Assembly (NCBI GenBank): GCA_964291295.2
Contig: OZ219754.1
Span: 3,296,001 to 3,360,000, forward strand
Direction: 5' to 3'
Length of the DNA: 64,000 nt
DNA from: an uncultured Candidatus Binatia bacterium
Lineage (GTDB): Bacteria; Desulfobacterota; Binatia; UBA9968; JAJDTQ01
In this document: one piece after another, positions 22,441 to 31,700 of the stretch
Position numbering within the stretch: position 1 is the first letter of the stretch
Layout: each line of letters starts with the position of its first letter
Made by a program: the position numbers and the translations under genes
The notes under the pieces: model-generated
What the model saw: only the letters and a program-made list of their open reading frames with translations
What the model was told of the DNA's origin: nothing
The model's database searches: none

Positions 22441-22627
22441 ACTGCCTGGAGCGTTCCGCTTCCATGGCCGTCAGGCGCTGCCGGAGCGGGGCGCTTTCAC
22501 GATATCTTCGCCAGTACTCATCGAATTCCTTGCCGCCCAGGTGTTTCGTTTCCTCGTAAACCCTCCTGCGAGCTTCGCGCATGAACTCGACGCAGTCGAA
22601 CTTGTCGGGCGCCTTACTCGTCATCAT
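22439..22627 (-). CDS. small PIN-associated antitoxin-like protein
   Basis: KFDCVEFMREARRRVYEETK; overlaps the PIN domain stop; AAGGAG RBS within the PIN 3' end. Confidence 0.7.
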   Translation of the reverse strand: MMTSKAPDKFDCVEFMREARRRVYEETKHLGGKEFDEYWRRYRESAPLRQRLTAMEAERSRQ

Positions 22628-25064
22628 TGATCTCCTTCGGCGTTCGGATGTCGATTGCCGGGTAACCGAGTCTCCGGTTGACGCCATTGTACGCCCGGAT
22701 ACGCCCCCAACTCACCATCTGCTTGAAATTCCAGCTTGCAATGACATCAACCTCGCCGATGCTGGCGATGGCCACATGCAACGCAACGTTGTAGTTTGCC
22801 GGAGCCACGACTCCGGCTGCGATATAGGCCTCCGCAAGCTTGCGGGCCGGTTCGGATTCCCGAACCGTTTCAAAGTGGGCTTCCGGTATGTGTTCGATGA
22901 CAGCACGCACGCCAGGCGGTGCGTTTTCCAGATTCTTTCGAGTCACTTCCGAGAAGACCAGCGTTGCCTCGCCGCTGCGGAAGCCATCGAACAGGCGACG
23001 TGATGCTTCGCGGAACTCGTCGTCTTCACAACCGCCGATCACGGATGTATCCGCATAGATCCGGGGTTTCGCAGTGTATTCCGTTCCCGGTTCGCGCACC
23101 ATGAAGTCGGGAAGCAAGCTCTCGAAGTCAGCCTGGAGCTGGAGGATATCGGTTCGAATCTCGCCCAGCGTACGCAACGGCTGCGGCTTGTAGAAGTACC
23201 GGTTGAAGCTGATCTCGTAGCCGATCTTCACACTGTCATGCCGGTACCAGGCATCGGGTGCCCAGGGCAGCACTTCGCGTCGCAGGAAGGCTTCGAGGCC
23301 GCCCGCCTCCTGCAACGGAATCTGCTCGGTGTCGCGCAGGCCGGTGTCCGGCTCGTATTCGACCACGGCGGACCGGCGGTTCAGGGTCGTCGCGAACAGG
23401 CCGCGCAGCGGGTTGGCCTCCGTGCCACGCTTGTGGACCTTCCGGATGACCGCCGGTGCGTCCTCGCTCCGCCGGCCGTTCTCTTTCAACTCCTTGATCT
23501 CGGAAGCCTGGTAGACGCGGTTCGGATCGGCGCCCACGATCCGCAGCGGCCGCTCCACCGCCACCTTCCGATAGCCGAAGGCGGCGTTGTCGAAGATCCT
23601 GCTCTGCGCGCTCTCCTCGAAGGCGAGGAAGGTGCCGCAGATGCGCCTGATATCGTCCTCGCCGAGCTCACAGTTCTTCTTGCCGAGGTTCTTGCGCAGC
23701 GGCCGGTGCCAGCCGGTGGCATCGATCAATTGCACCTTGCCGCGCCGATGTTCCGGCTTGCGGTTGGTCAGCATCCAGACATAGGTGGCGATGCCGGTAT
23801 TGTAGAACAGGTTGAGCGGCAGGGCGACGATGGCTTCGAGCCAGTCGTTCTCGATGATCCAGCGGCGGATGTTGCTCTCGCCCTGGCCGGCATCTCCGGT
23901 GAACAGCGAACTGCCGTTGTGCACCTCGGCGATGCGGCTGCCGAGCGGGGTGTTCCGCTTCATCTTCGACAGCATGTTCGCGAGGAACAGCATCTGCCCG
24001 TCGCTGGAGCGCGTGGCCAGAGAGTACTCCGGATCGCCGTCATGCTCGATCAGGAACCGTGGATCGCGCAGGCTCTTCCTGCCGCCCATGCGCTCCATGT
24101 CCGTCTTCCAGCTCTTGCCGTAGGGCGGATTGGACAGCATGAAGTCGAACTCGCGGGCCGGGAAGGCGTCGTTGGCCAAGGTGGAATGCACCGGGCCGCC
24201 GACGATGTTGTCGGCGGCTTCGCCCTCGCCCTTGAGCAGCAGGTCGGCCTTGCAGATGGCGCAGGTCTCGGCGTTGATCTCCTGGCCGTACAGGTGCGTG
24301 GAGACCTGCTTGCCGCGCTCGGCGGCAAGCTCCCGCAAGGTCTCCTCGGCCACCGTCAGCATGCCGCCCGTGCCGCAGGCGCCGTCATAGAGCAGCCAGG
24401 TTCCGGATTCGATCCGGTCGGCGACGGGCAGGAACACGAGCCTGGCCATCAGGCGCACGGCGTCTCTCGGGGTCCAGTGCTCGCCCGCCTCTTCGTTGTT
24501 CTCCTCGTTGAACCGGCGCACCAGCTCTTCGAAGATCGTGCCCATGCCGTGGTTGTCCAGGCCGGGATGACGAACGGCGCCCGCGGTATCCATTACCGGG
24601 GCCGGGCTCAGATTGACTTCAGCCGAGGTCAGTTTCTCGATCAACGCGCCGAGGGCGTCGGCACGGGCGAGACGCGGGATCTGGTTGCGAAACTCGAAGC
24701 TGTCGAGGATGGCCTGCACGTTGGGCGAGAACCCGTCGAGCCAGGCTTCGAAATCGGCCCTGAGTTGCTGCGAACTGGAGCGGGCGCGCAGGCCGCGCAG
24801 GGTGAACGGCGAGGCATTGTAGAACGCCTGACCCGCGGCCTGGCGCAGCGCGGCATCCTGTTCGACCACGCCCGCCGCATCAAGCGAGTCCTTCATGTCG
24901 AGCACGGCCCGCTTGCCGTCTTCCAGCACCGCGTCCAGCCGCCGCAGCACGGTCATGGGCAGGGTCACGTCGCGGTATTTGCCGCGCACGTAGAGATCCC
25001 GCAGCACGTCGTCCGCGATGCCCCAGATGTAGTTCGCAATCCAGTTGAGGTCGCCGTTGCCCAT
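22614..25064 (-). CDS. hsdM: type I R-M N6-adenine methyltransferase with C-terminal PIN domain fusion
   Basis: YDGACGTGGM, YGQEIN, SNPPYG motifs; the last ~150 aa (RIYADTSVIGG...SWNFK...LGYPAIDIRTP) are PIN-like. Confidence 0.93.
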   Translation of the reverse strand: MGNGDLNWIANYIWGIADDVLRDLYVRGKYRDVTLPMTVLRRLDAVLEDGKRAVLDMKDSLDAAGVVEQDAALRQAAGQAFYNASPFTLRGLRARSSSQQLRADFEAWLDGFSPNVQAILDSFEFRNQIPRLARADALGALIEKLTSAEVNLSPAPVMDTAGAVRHPGLDNHGMGTIFEELVRRFNEENNEEAGEHWTPRDAVRLMARLVFLPVADRIESGTWLLYDGACGTGGMLTVAEETLRELAAERGKQVSTHLYGQEINAETCAICKADLLLKGEGEAADNIVGGPVHSTLANDAFPAREFDFMLSNPPYGKSWKTDMERMGGRKSLRDPRFLIEHDGDPEYSLATRSSDGQMLFLANMLSKMKRNTPLGSRIAEVHNGSSLFTGDAGQGESNIRRWIIENDWLEAIVALPLNLFYNTGIATYVWMLTNRKPEHRRGKVQLIDATGWHRPLRKNLGKKNCELGEDDIRRICGTFLAFEESAQSRIFDNAAFGYRKVAVERPLRIVGADPNRVYQASEIKELKENGRRSEDAPAVIRKVHKRGTEANPLRGLFATTLNRRSAVVEYEPDTGLRDTEQIPLQEAGGLEAFLRREVLPWAPDAWYRHDSVKIGYEISFNRYFYKPQPLRTLGEIRTDILQLQADFESLLPDFMVREPGTEYTAKPRIYADTSVIGGCEDDEFREASRRLFDGFRSGEATLVFSEVTRKNLENAPPGVRAVIEHIPEAHFETVRESEPARKLAEAYIAAGVVAPANYNVALHVAIASIGEVDVIASWNFKQMVSWGRIRAYNGVNRRLGYPAIDIRTPKEINDDE

Positions 25065-25223
25065 CTCGCATCCAGTCCGTGGTCTCGTGTTCGGCCTGCG
25101 GGGCGGCGGCCATCCCCGGGCCTCCCTCTCCTGGAAGCACGATCCCGCCTCGTACCGGAGCCGGCGCGCCGTCTTCATCCGGAACCCGCACCGCACGCGC
25201 CGCCCGGCAAGCCGGCGGCCCGG

Positions 25224-26513
25224 TCAGCGTTTCGTGTCGGCGATTTCCAGCGCGGCGAAGGCGTACATCCGGGCGGCGGCCTCGAGGTCGTCCACCTTCT
25301 GCATCTCGCCGGTGGCCGGCTTGGCGTCGGCGGCCTCCGGCGAGGGGCCGCACTTGATGGCGGGAATGCCCACTTCCGCGAACACCGTCAGGTCGGCGTA
25401 GGTGCTGGTGAAGGCGTCCCGGATCGGTTCCACCTTGCGTCCCCGCACGTATTCGTGCGCCTCTTCCATGGCGGCCACCAGCGGCTCCGCACCCTTGGAC
25501 TCGTACCCGTTGACGGACAGGAACAGCGAACACGCGGCCTCGATGGCGGTGTCCGCCACCACCGCCTTCACCTCCCGCAGCACGTCGATGGCGCGCTGTT
25601 CCGGGGTCATGAACGCCTCCACATAGAGGTTGCAGATGGCCGGCGAGAAATTGGGCTTGAACGGCGCACCGCCGAAGATGGAGCCGATGTTGACCTTCGG
25701 AACCATCGTGGCGGCGGCGAACTCGTAGCGGTGCTCCCGCTCGTAGCGCCGCGCCCAGTCTTCCAGGGCCGGAATGATGGAGGCCATGCGCACCACCGCG
25801 TTCCTGCTCTCCCGGGCATCCACCGGATGGTCCACGAACGGCCCGTACATCGGCTCGCCAAAGGTGGTGATCTTGATGAACACCGCGCCGCACTGCGCCC
25901 AGGTGATGCGGAACTGGGACGGCTCCACCACGATGCAATAGTCGCCCACGACCCCGTGGGTGACCAGGTAACGCGCGCCGTGGCCCTTTCCCCGGTAGGC
26001 CGGACCCTGGTAGTGGTCCACCGGCGCCCGGCCGATCTCCCCCGCCACCCCCGTGACGATGACGTCGCCCTTGAGCCGGACCCCGCTCTCCTTCAGCGCC
26101 TTGGCCATGGCCAGGGTGCAGGCGAGCGGCCCCTTGTCGTTGACGATGCCGCTGCCGTAGATGACCTCGCCGTCACGCCGGGCCAGCGCCTGCCACTCCG
26201 GGCGGGTGCCGCCGGTGATCCACAGATCCTCCGGGGTTCCGGCCAAGGCCGTGTCCATGTGCCCGTTGAACAGCAGCGTCGGTCCCTCGCCGGTGCCGGG
26301 GAGGACGCCCACCACATTGGCCCGGCCCGGCTCGGTGTGCTGCAGGAACGTCTCGATGCCCTGTTCCCGCAGCCAACCGTGGATGAACCGCGCCACCTCC
26401 TCTTCGCTGCCCGTGGGCGTGGGGATGCTGACCACGTCCATGGCCAGCCGGGCCAGCTCCTCCCGGTCGATGTGGGAAAAGACCTTTTCCAGGGTCGCCT
26501 GATCGGTTTGCAT
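25224..26513 (-). CDS. M20 family metallopeptidase/deacylase (ArgE/DapE-like)
   Basis: FNGHMDT, GSGIVNDKG, VAGEIG, VVEPS. Confidence 0.88.
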   Translation of the reverse strand: MQTDQATLEKVFSHIDREELARLAMDVVSIPTPTGSEEEVARFIHGWLREQGIETFLQHTEPGRANVVGVLPGTGEGPTLLFNGHMDTALAGTPEDLWITGGTRPEWQALARRDGEVIYGSGIVNDKGPLACTLAMAKALKESGVRLKGDVIVTGVAGEIGRAPVDHYQGPAYRGKGHGARYLVTHGVVGDYCIVVEPSQFRITWAQCGAVFIKITTFGEPMYGPFVDHPVDARESRNAVVRMASIIPALEDWARRYEREHRYEFAAATMVPKVNIGSIFGGAPFKPNFSPAICNLYVEAFMTPEQRAIDVLREVKAVVADTAIEAACSLFLSVNGYESKGAEPLVAAMEEAHEYVRGRKVEPIRDAFTSTYADLTVFAEVGIPAIKCGPSPEAADAKPATGEMQKVDDLEAAARMYAFAALEIADTKR

Positions 26514-26646
26514 GGCTGGAACCCCCGTGCGGCCCGGAGGCTAACGAACAGGGACGCCGCAAGTCAAGCGCGTCAGGGAGGCCAAGACAAGCGCGCCAAG
26601 GCCCCCGGAACTTCCCGCCGGCGACCGGCCCGCCGGGAGCGGGAAT

Positions 26647-26676
26647 TTGACACGGCTGGACGCCATCGGATATCTT
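26647..26676 (+). promoter_or_regulatory. putative sigma70 promoter for the ubiD-family gene
   Basis: TTGACA-18 bp-TATCTT. Confidence 0.5.
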
Positions 26677-26829
26677 CGGGAACTTGATCTGGAACTGGAT
26701 CCGGAGTTGCCGGGCCTGCCGTTTCCTTCCGCCACCCAAGCCCCGGACCCGGGCTGTCACACGGCCGAACGGGGCGACGGAAACTCTTGCAACATCACTC
26801 GAACGTCCGACGCGAACAGGAGGCAGTCC

Positions 26830-28458
26830 ATGGGTTATGCAGACCTGCATGAGCACCTGAAGATGCTCGAAGAGGCGGGGCACCTGCGCCGCATCAACCA
26901 GAAGATCAACAAGGACACCGAACTGCACCCGCTGGTGCGCTGGCAGTACCGGGGCGGGATTCCCGACGAGGAACGCAAGGCTTGGTACTTCTCCAACGTC
27001 ACCGACTCCCGCGGTCGCCGCTTCGACTTTCCGGTGGTGGTGGGTGCGCTGGCCGGCAGCCGGGCCATCTATTTCCTCGGCATGGGCTGCGACAGCGCCG
27101 AGGAGATGGACAAGAAGTGGAAGCACGCCCTCTCCAATCCGGTGACGCCGAAAGTGGTGGACGACCCGGCGTGCCACGAAGTGGTGATGACCGGCGACCC
27201 CCTGGAGCGGGACGGACTGGACAAGTTTCCGGTGCCCATCTCCACCCCGGGCTTCGACAACGGCCCGTACACGACCTGCTCCCACTGGATCACCCGGGAC
27301 CCCGAGACCGGCATCGGCAACATCGGCAACTACCGCGGCCAGATCAAGTCCCGCACCCGGGTCGGCGTGTTCCCGTCCGGACTGGGCCAGGACATCTACC
27401 TTCACTGGAAGAACGCCCAGAAGCGCGGCGAGCCGCTGGAGGCGGCCCTGGTCATCGGCGCACCGCCGGTGGTCTCCTACGTCTCGGTGCAGAAAGTCGA
27501 CTACGGCGTGGACGAGATGGCCATCGCCGGCGGTTTCGTGGGCGAGCCCATTCGCATGGCCCGGTGCAGGACCGTGGACCTGCAGGTGCCGGCGGAGTCC
27601 GAGATCGTCATCGAGGGTCGCCTCAACACCGAGTTCGTGGAGCCCGAGGGCCCCTTCGGCGAGTCCCACGGCTACATGCACCCGCGGCAGTTGAACCCGT
27701 TCATGGACGTCACCGCCATCACCCACCGCAAGAACGCCATCTACGTTTCGTGGCTGAGCCAGCTCACGCCCAGCGAATCGTCGGTCATCCGCAAGATCGG
27801 CTACGACCGGCTCATGCTGGTGCACCTGAGAGACCACTGCCGCATCACCAGCGTCATGCGGGTGGAGATGCACGAGCCGCTGACCAACACCTACAAGCTC
27901 GTCATCGTGCAGATGAAGCGCCCGAAGGAGGCCGAGGTGTGGCGGGCGCTGCACGCGGCGGCGTCGTTTCACCCCGGCGTGGGCAAGATCGTCATCGCGG
28001 TGGACGAGGACATCGACCCGGCGGACGAGGCCGCGGTGTTCTGGGCCATGTGCTACCGCATGAAGCCGCACAAGGACGTGCAGATCATCGGCGGCATGGA
28101 GAAGGGGCACGCGCCCCCGTTCTTCTACAAGGACGCGGACAAGGGCACGGACGTGGTGTCGTACCACCTGCCGGCGGACGAGTCGGGGATGCTGTGCAAC
28201 GCCATCCAGAAGGAGCCCTTCCCGCCCGTGTCCCTGCCCAAGCGGGAGTACATGGAACACGCCAGGGAACTATGGGAGGAGTTCATGCTGCCGCCCCTCA
28301 AGCCCAAGATGCCGTGGTACGGCTACTCTCTGGGCCAATGGGACGATGAACTGGACGAGGAGGCGAAACTCGCGGTGGAAGGGCGCTACTTCGAGACCGG
28401 CGAAAAGCTCAAGTCCCGGCGGGTCAAGGCCAGCGAGGTGGAGGAGGACGACCACTGA
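26830..28458 (+). CDS. UbiD-family prFMN-dependent decarboxylase
   Basis: NIGNYRGQ, VPAESEIVIEG, EGPFGESHGY, VDEDIDP. Confidence 0.92.
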   Translation: MGYADLHEHLKMLEEAGHLRRINQKINKDTELHPLVRWQYRGGIPDEERKAWYFSNVTDSRGRRFDFPVVVGALAGSRAIYFLGMGCDSAEEMDKKWKHALSNPVTPKVVDDPACHEVVMTGDPLERDGLDKFPVPISTPGFDNGPYTTCSHWITRDPETGIGNIGNYRGQIKSRTRVGVFPSGLGQDIYLHWKNAQKRGEPLEAALVIGAPPVVSYVSVQKVDYGVDEMAIAGGFVGEPIRMARCRTVDLQVPAESEIVIEGRLNTEFVEPEGPFGESHGYMHPRQLNPFMDVTAITHRKNAIYVSWLSQLTPSESSVIRKIGYDRLMLVHLRDHCRITSVMRVEMHEPLTNTYKLVIVQMKRPKEAEVWRALHAAASFHPGVGKIVIAVDEDIDPADEAAVFWAMCYRMKPHKDVQIIGGMEKGHAPPFFYKDADKGTDVVSYHLPADESGMLCNAIQKEPFPPVSLPKREYMEHARELWEEFMLPPLKPKMPWYGYSLGQWDDELDEEAKLAVEGRYFETGEKLKSRRVKASEVEEDDH

Positions 28459-28501
28459 GGAAGATCGGAGCAAGACGCAGGCGCCGCATCGCCTTGCTCG
28501 C

Positions 28502-28549
28502 AAGGCTTGACAGAAAAAAGGCTTGACAAAAAAGGGGGGGGGGTATTCT
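28502..28549 (+). promoter_or_regulatory. sigma70-type promoter with a G10 tract in its spacer and a duplicated -35
   Basis: aaggcTTGACAgaaaa aaggcTTGACAaaaaa GGGGGGGGGG TATTCT; the proximal spacer is currently 15 bp. Confidence 0.7.
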
Positions 28550-28742
28550 CTGACTGAAGTTTCCCCAAGGGCAGGCACGCGCAAGAAGAGAGATATCAGG
28601 GAAAACCATCAAGCGTGGCGATGCCGGCGCATGATGCCAGCGAGAGGCGGTGCTGGCAACGATTCCGGCGGGCACTCGATCAGGCGTCCGCTGTTCGGTG
28701 GGTGTCGCGAACAGGAAGGCCTTGTAGAGAAAGGACGAAACG

Positions 28743-31700
28743 ATGACGATGAATATCTTCCGGACAGGCGGCGACGGCGACGATACCCTGACCGGGGGCG
28801 CCGGCAACGACACGCTGGATGGCGGCATCGGTAACGACACCCTGACGAGCGGCGCCGGAGATGACACCCTGTACGGCGACGACGGCGACGACACGCTCAA
28901 CGGGGGTCAGGGCAGAGACACACTGTTCGGCGGCCGCGGCGACGATACCCTGACCGGCGGCGCCGGAGATAAAGATACCCTGACCGGTGGCACCGGGGCC
29001 GATACCTTTGTGTTCCAGGCGGGAGACGGCATCGACACCATCAACGATTTCGAGCCGGGCGACAAGATTCGGATCAAGGGATTCGCCGGCGGCTTCGAGG
29101 CGCTCGACATCAAGCAAGAAGGCATCTTGACCATCGTCCGCTATGGCGATGGCGATGCCATCCGAATGTGGAATGTGCGGGCCGAATCCCTTGGCGCGGA
29201 CGATTTCGAACTCCCCGACTCCCCCGATGATGCTGCCCCGTCCGGCACGGACGATTCCGAGAGTCCCCCGGCATCCATCGAGCGCACCGGCGGTGCCGGC
29301 GACGACAGCCTGGAGGGCGGTGACGGTGACGATACGCTGGACGGCGGCGCCGGCGACGATACGCTGGACGGCGGCAAGGGCAACGACATTCTTTACGGGG
29401 GCGACGGCGGGGACAGGCTGTCGGGGGGCGACGGGTCCGACTGGCTGTATGGCGGCGGTGGTGATGACCCGCTCATAGAGGGCGGGGCGGGCAACGATTG
29501 GCTTTGGGGCGAAGAGGGCGATGACGTGCTGGACGGCGGCGCCGATGACGACACGCTGTATGGCCGTTCGGGCGATGACACGCTGCGGGGCGGCACGGGC
29601 GTGGACACGCTGTATGGCGGTTTGGGGGCGGACACCTTCGCGTTCGCGGTGGGAGACGGCGTCGACACGATCGCCGATTTCGAGGCCGGGGACACGATCG
29701 AGATTGCCGGGGTGTCTGGCGGTTTTTCTGCGCTGGTGATCGAGCAGGAGGGCGCCAATGCGGTCATCCGCTACGGCGAGGGCGACGCTATCACGGTGGA
29801 GGGGGTGACGGCGTCCTCGCTGGGCGCAGGCGACTTCGTGTTTCCCGACGCCAGAGCCCGGGAAAGCACTCAAGTGCACGGTGCAGGCCAGAGTGACAAC
29901 ACCCTGTCCGGTACGGGCGAGACGCCAGACGCGCCAGCCGTCACGGGCGGGAACCCACAGCAGCAGAGTCAGAAGGTCTCGGGAATCGAGTGGCGTGGCG
30001 GCGACGGCGACGATGACAAAACCGGCGGCAAGGGTGGAGATACACTTTCTGGCGAAAGAGGCGCGGACACCCTGTCCGGCGCCGCCGGGGATGACAATCT
30101 GTACGGCGGCAGGGGCCGAGACACACTGCGCGGCGGCGACGGCGACGACACCCTGGAGGGCGGCTGGGGCAGGGACAATCTGTACGGCGGCAGGGGCCAA
30201 GACACACTCGACGGCGGCAGGGGCACAGACACCCTGGAGGGCGGCTGGGGCACAGACACCCTGCGCGGCGGCAGCAGCGCCGACATCCTGTATGGCGGCA
30301 GGGGTGCAGATACACTGTATGGCGGCGCGGGCAAGGATACCTTCATTTTCGATGTCGGAGACGGCCACGACACCATCCATGATTTCCGTAGAGGCGAACG
30401 GATTGTGGTGCAGGATTCGGGCCATGGTTGGAAGGCCTCGATATCGCAGGACGGCGACGACACCGTCATAGGCTACGGCAATGGCGACAGCATCCGGCTG
30501 TTGAATGTGCAGGCGGACTCCCTGACCGCCGATGATCATACGCTCCCGGGGGGACACAGGACGGCGGTCGGTTGGCGATGGAAGCCGGCATCCGAGTCGG
30601 CTGGCGAGAGCGTCGGCGACAAGACCCCGGGCGGGACAAACGCCGGCGACAATAATGGCAACAGCCCGAATACGCCGGGAAACCCGGGGAAACCCCTACC
30701 CGGCACAACCCCTCCACAAACAGGGAACAACGGCCCCCATGACGACGACTGGGACGGCAGCGGAGAGTACGGTGTCATCGTGCGCGGCACGGATGGCGAT
30801 GACACTCTGGATGCCATCTTCCAAACCTCTTCGATCGTGCTCGGCGGCGCCGGCAACGATACGCTGGAGGGCGGGAGCAGCAGCAACAGCGACATCCTGC
30901 ACGGCGGCGCCGGCGACGACAAGCTGGAGAGCGGCCACGGCTCCGCCATCATGTATGGCGGTTCGGGCAATGACACCCTGAAGGGCGGCTGGGGCAATGA
31001 CACCTTGTACGGCGGCGCCGGCGACGACAAGCTGGAGAGCGGCCGGGGGGATAACAGCTTGTACGGCGACGGCGGCGATGACACCCTGGTAGGCAGCTAT
31101 GGTGATGACACCCTGGACGGGGGGGATGGCGATGACACCCTGACGGGCGGTGCGGGCGCCGATACCCTGACGGGCGGTGCGGGCGCCGACACCTTCGGTT
31201 TCTTCATAACCGATGGATTCGGTGCCCGGATGCTGGAAGCAAGGGGCATAGGCTCGGGTGGCGTGGACGATGTCATTACCGATTTCAGCGCAGGCGACAC
31301 CATTTTCTTCAGCGGGGTCTACAGCCTGGAAGATTTGACCATCGCACAGGATGGCGACGATGCCGTCATCCGTTACGGCGATGGCCATGAAAACATCTTC
31401 ACCATCACCTTGCTGGGCGTGTCGGCGGACTCCCTCGGCGCAGAGAATTTCAGATTCGCGTCCCCGCCACCGAGCCGGAACGGTGTCCTGGGCGTCGTTC
31501 ATGGCCAGCACGGCAATCTGTGGGAACATCTCAGGTATGGCACGGAGGCCCCTGATGTCGTGTACAGCCGCGAGGGGGATGATGTGCTGGGGGGCGGCTA
31601 CGGTGGTGACTTTCTCGAGGGTGGGACTGGCGACGACACCATCACAGGGGGCGTGGGCGGCGGCTTTGACACCTTCCTGTTCAAGCCCGGCGACGGCAAC

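Noticed and set aside
28468-28499. Rho-independent terminator after ubiD
   Set aside because: A short gagcaag/cttgctc stem with a large loop and no U-tract.
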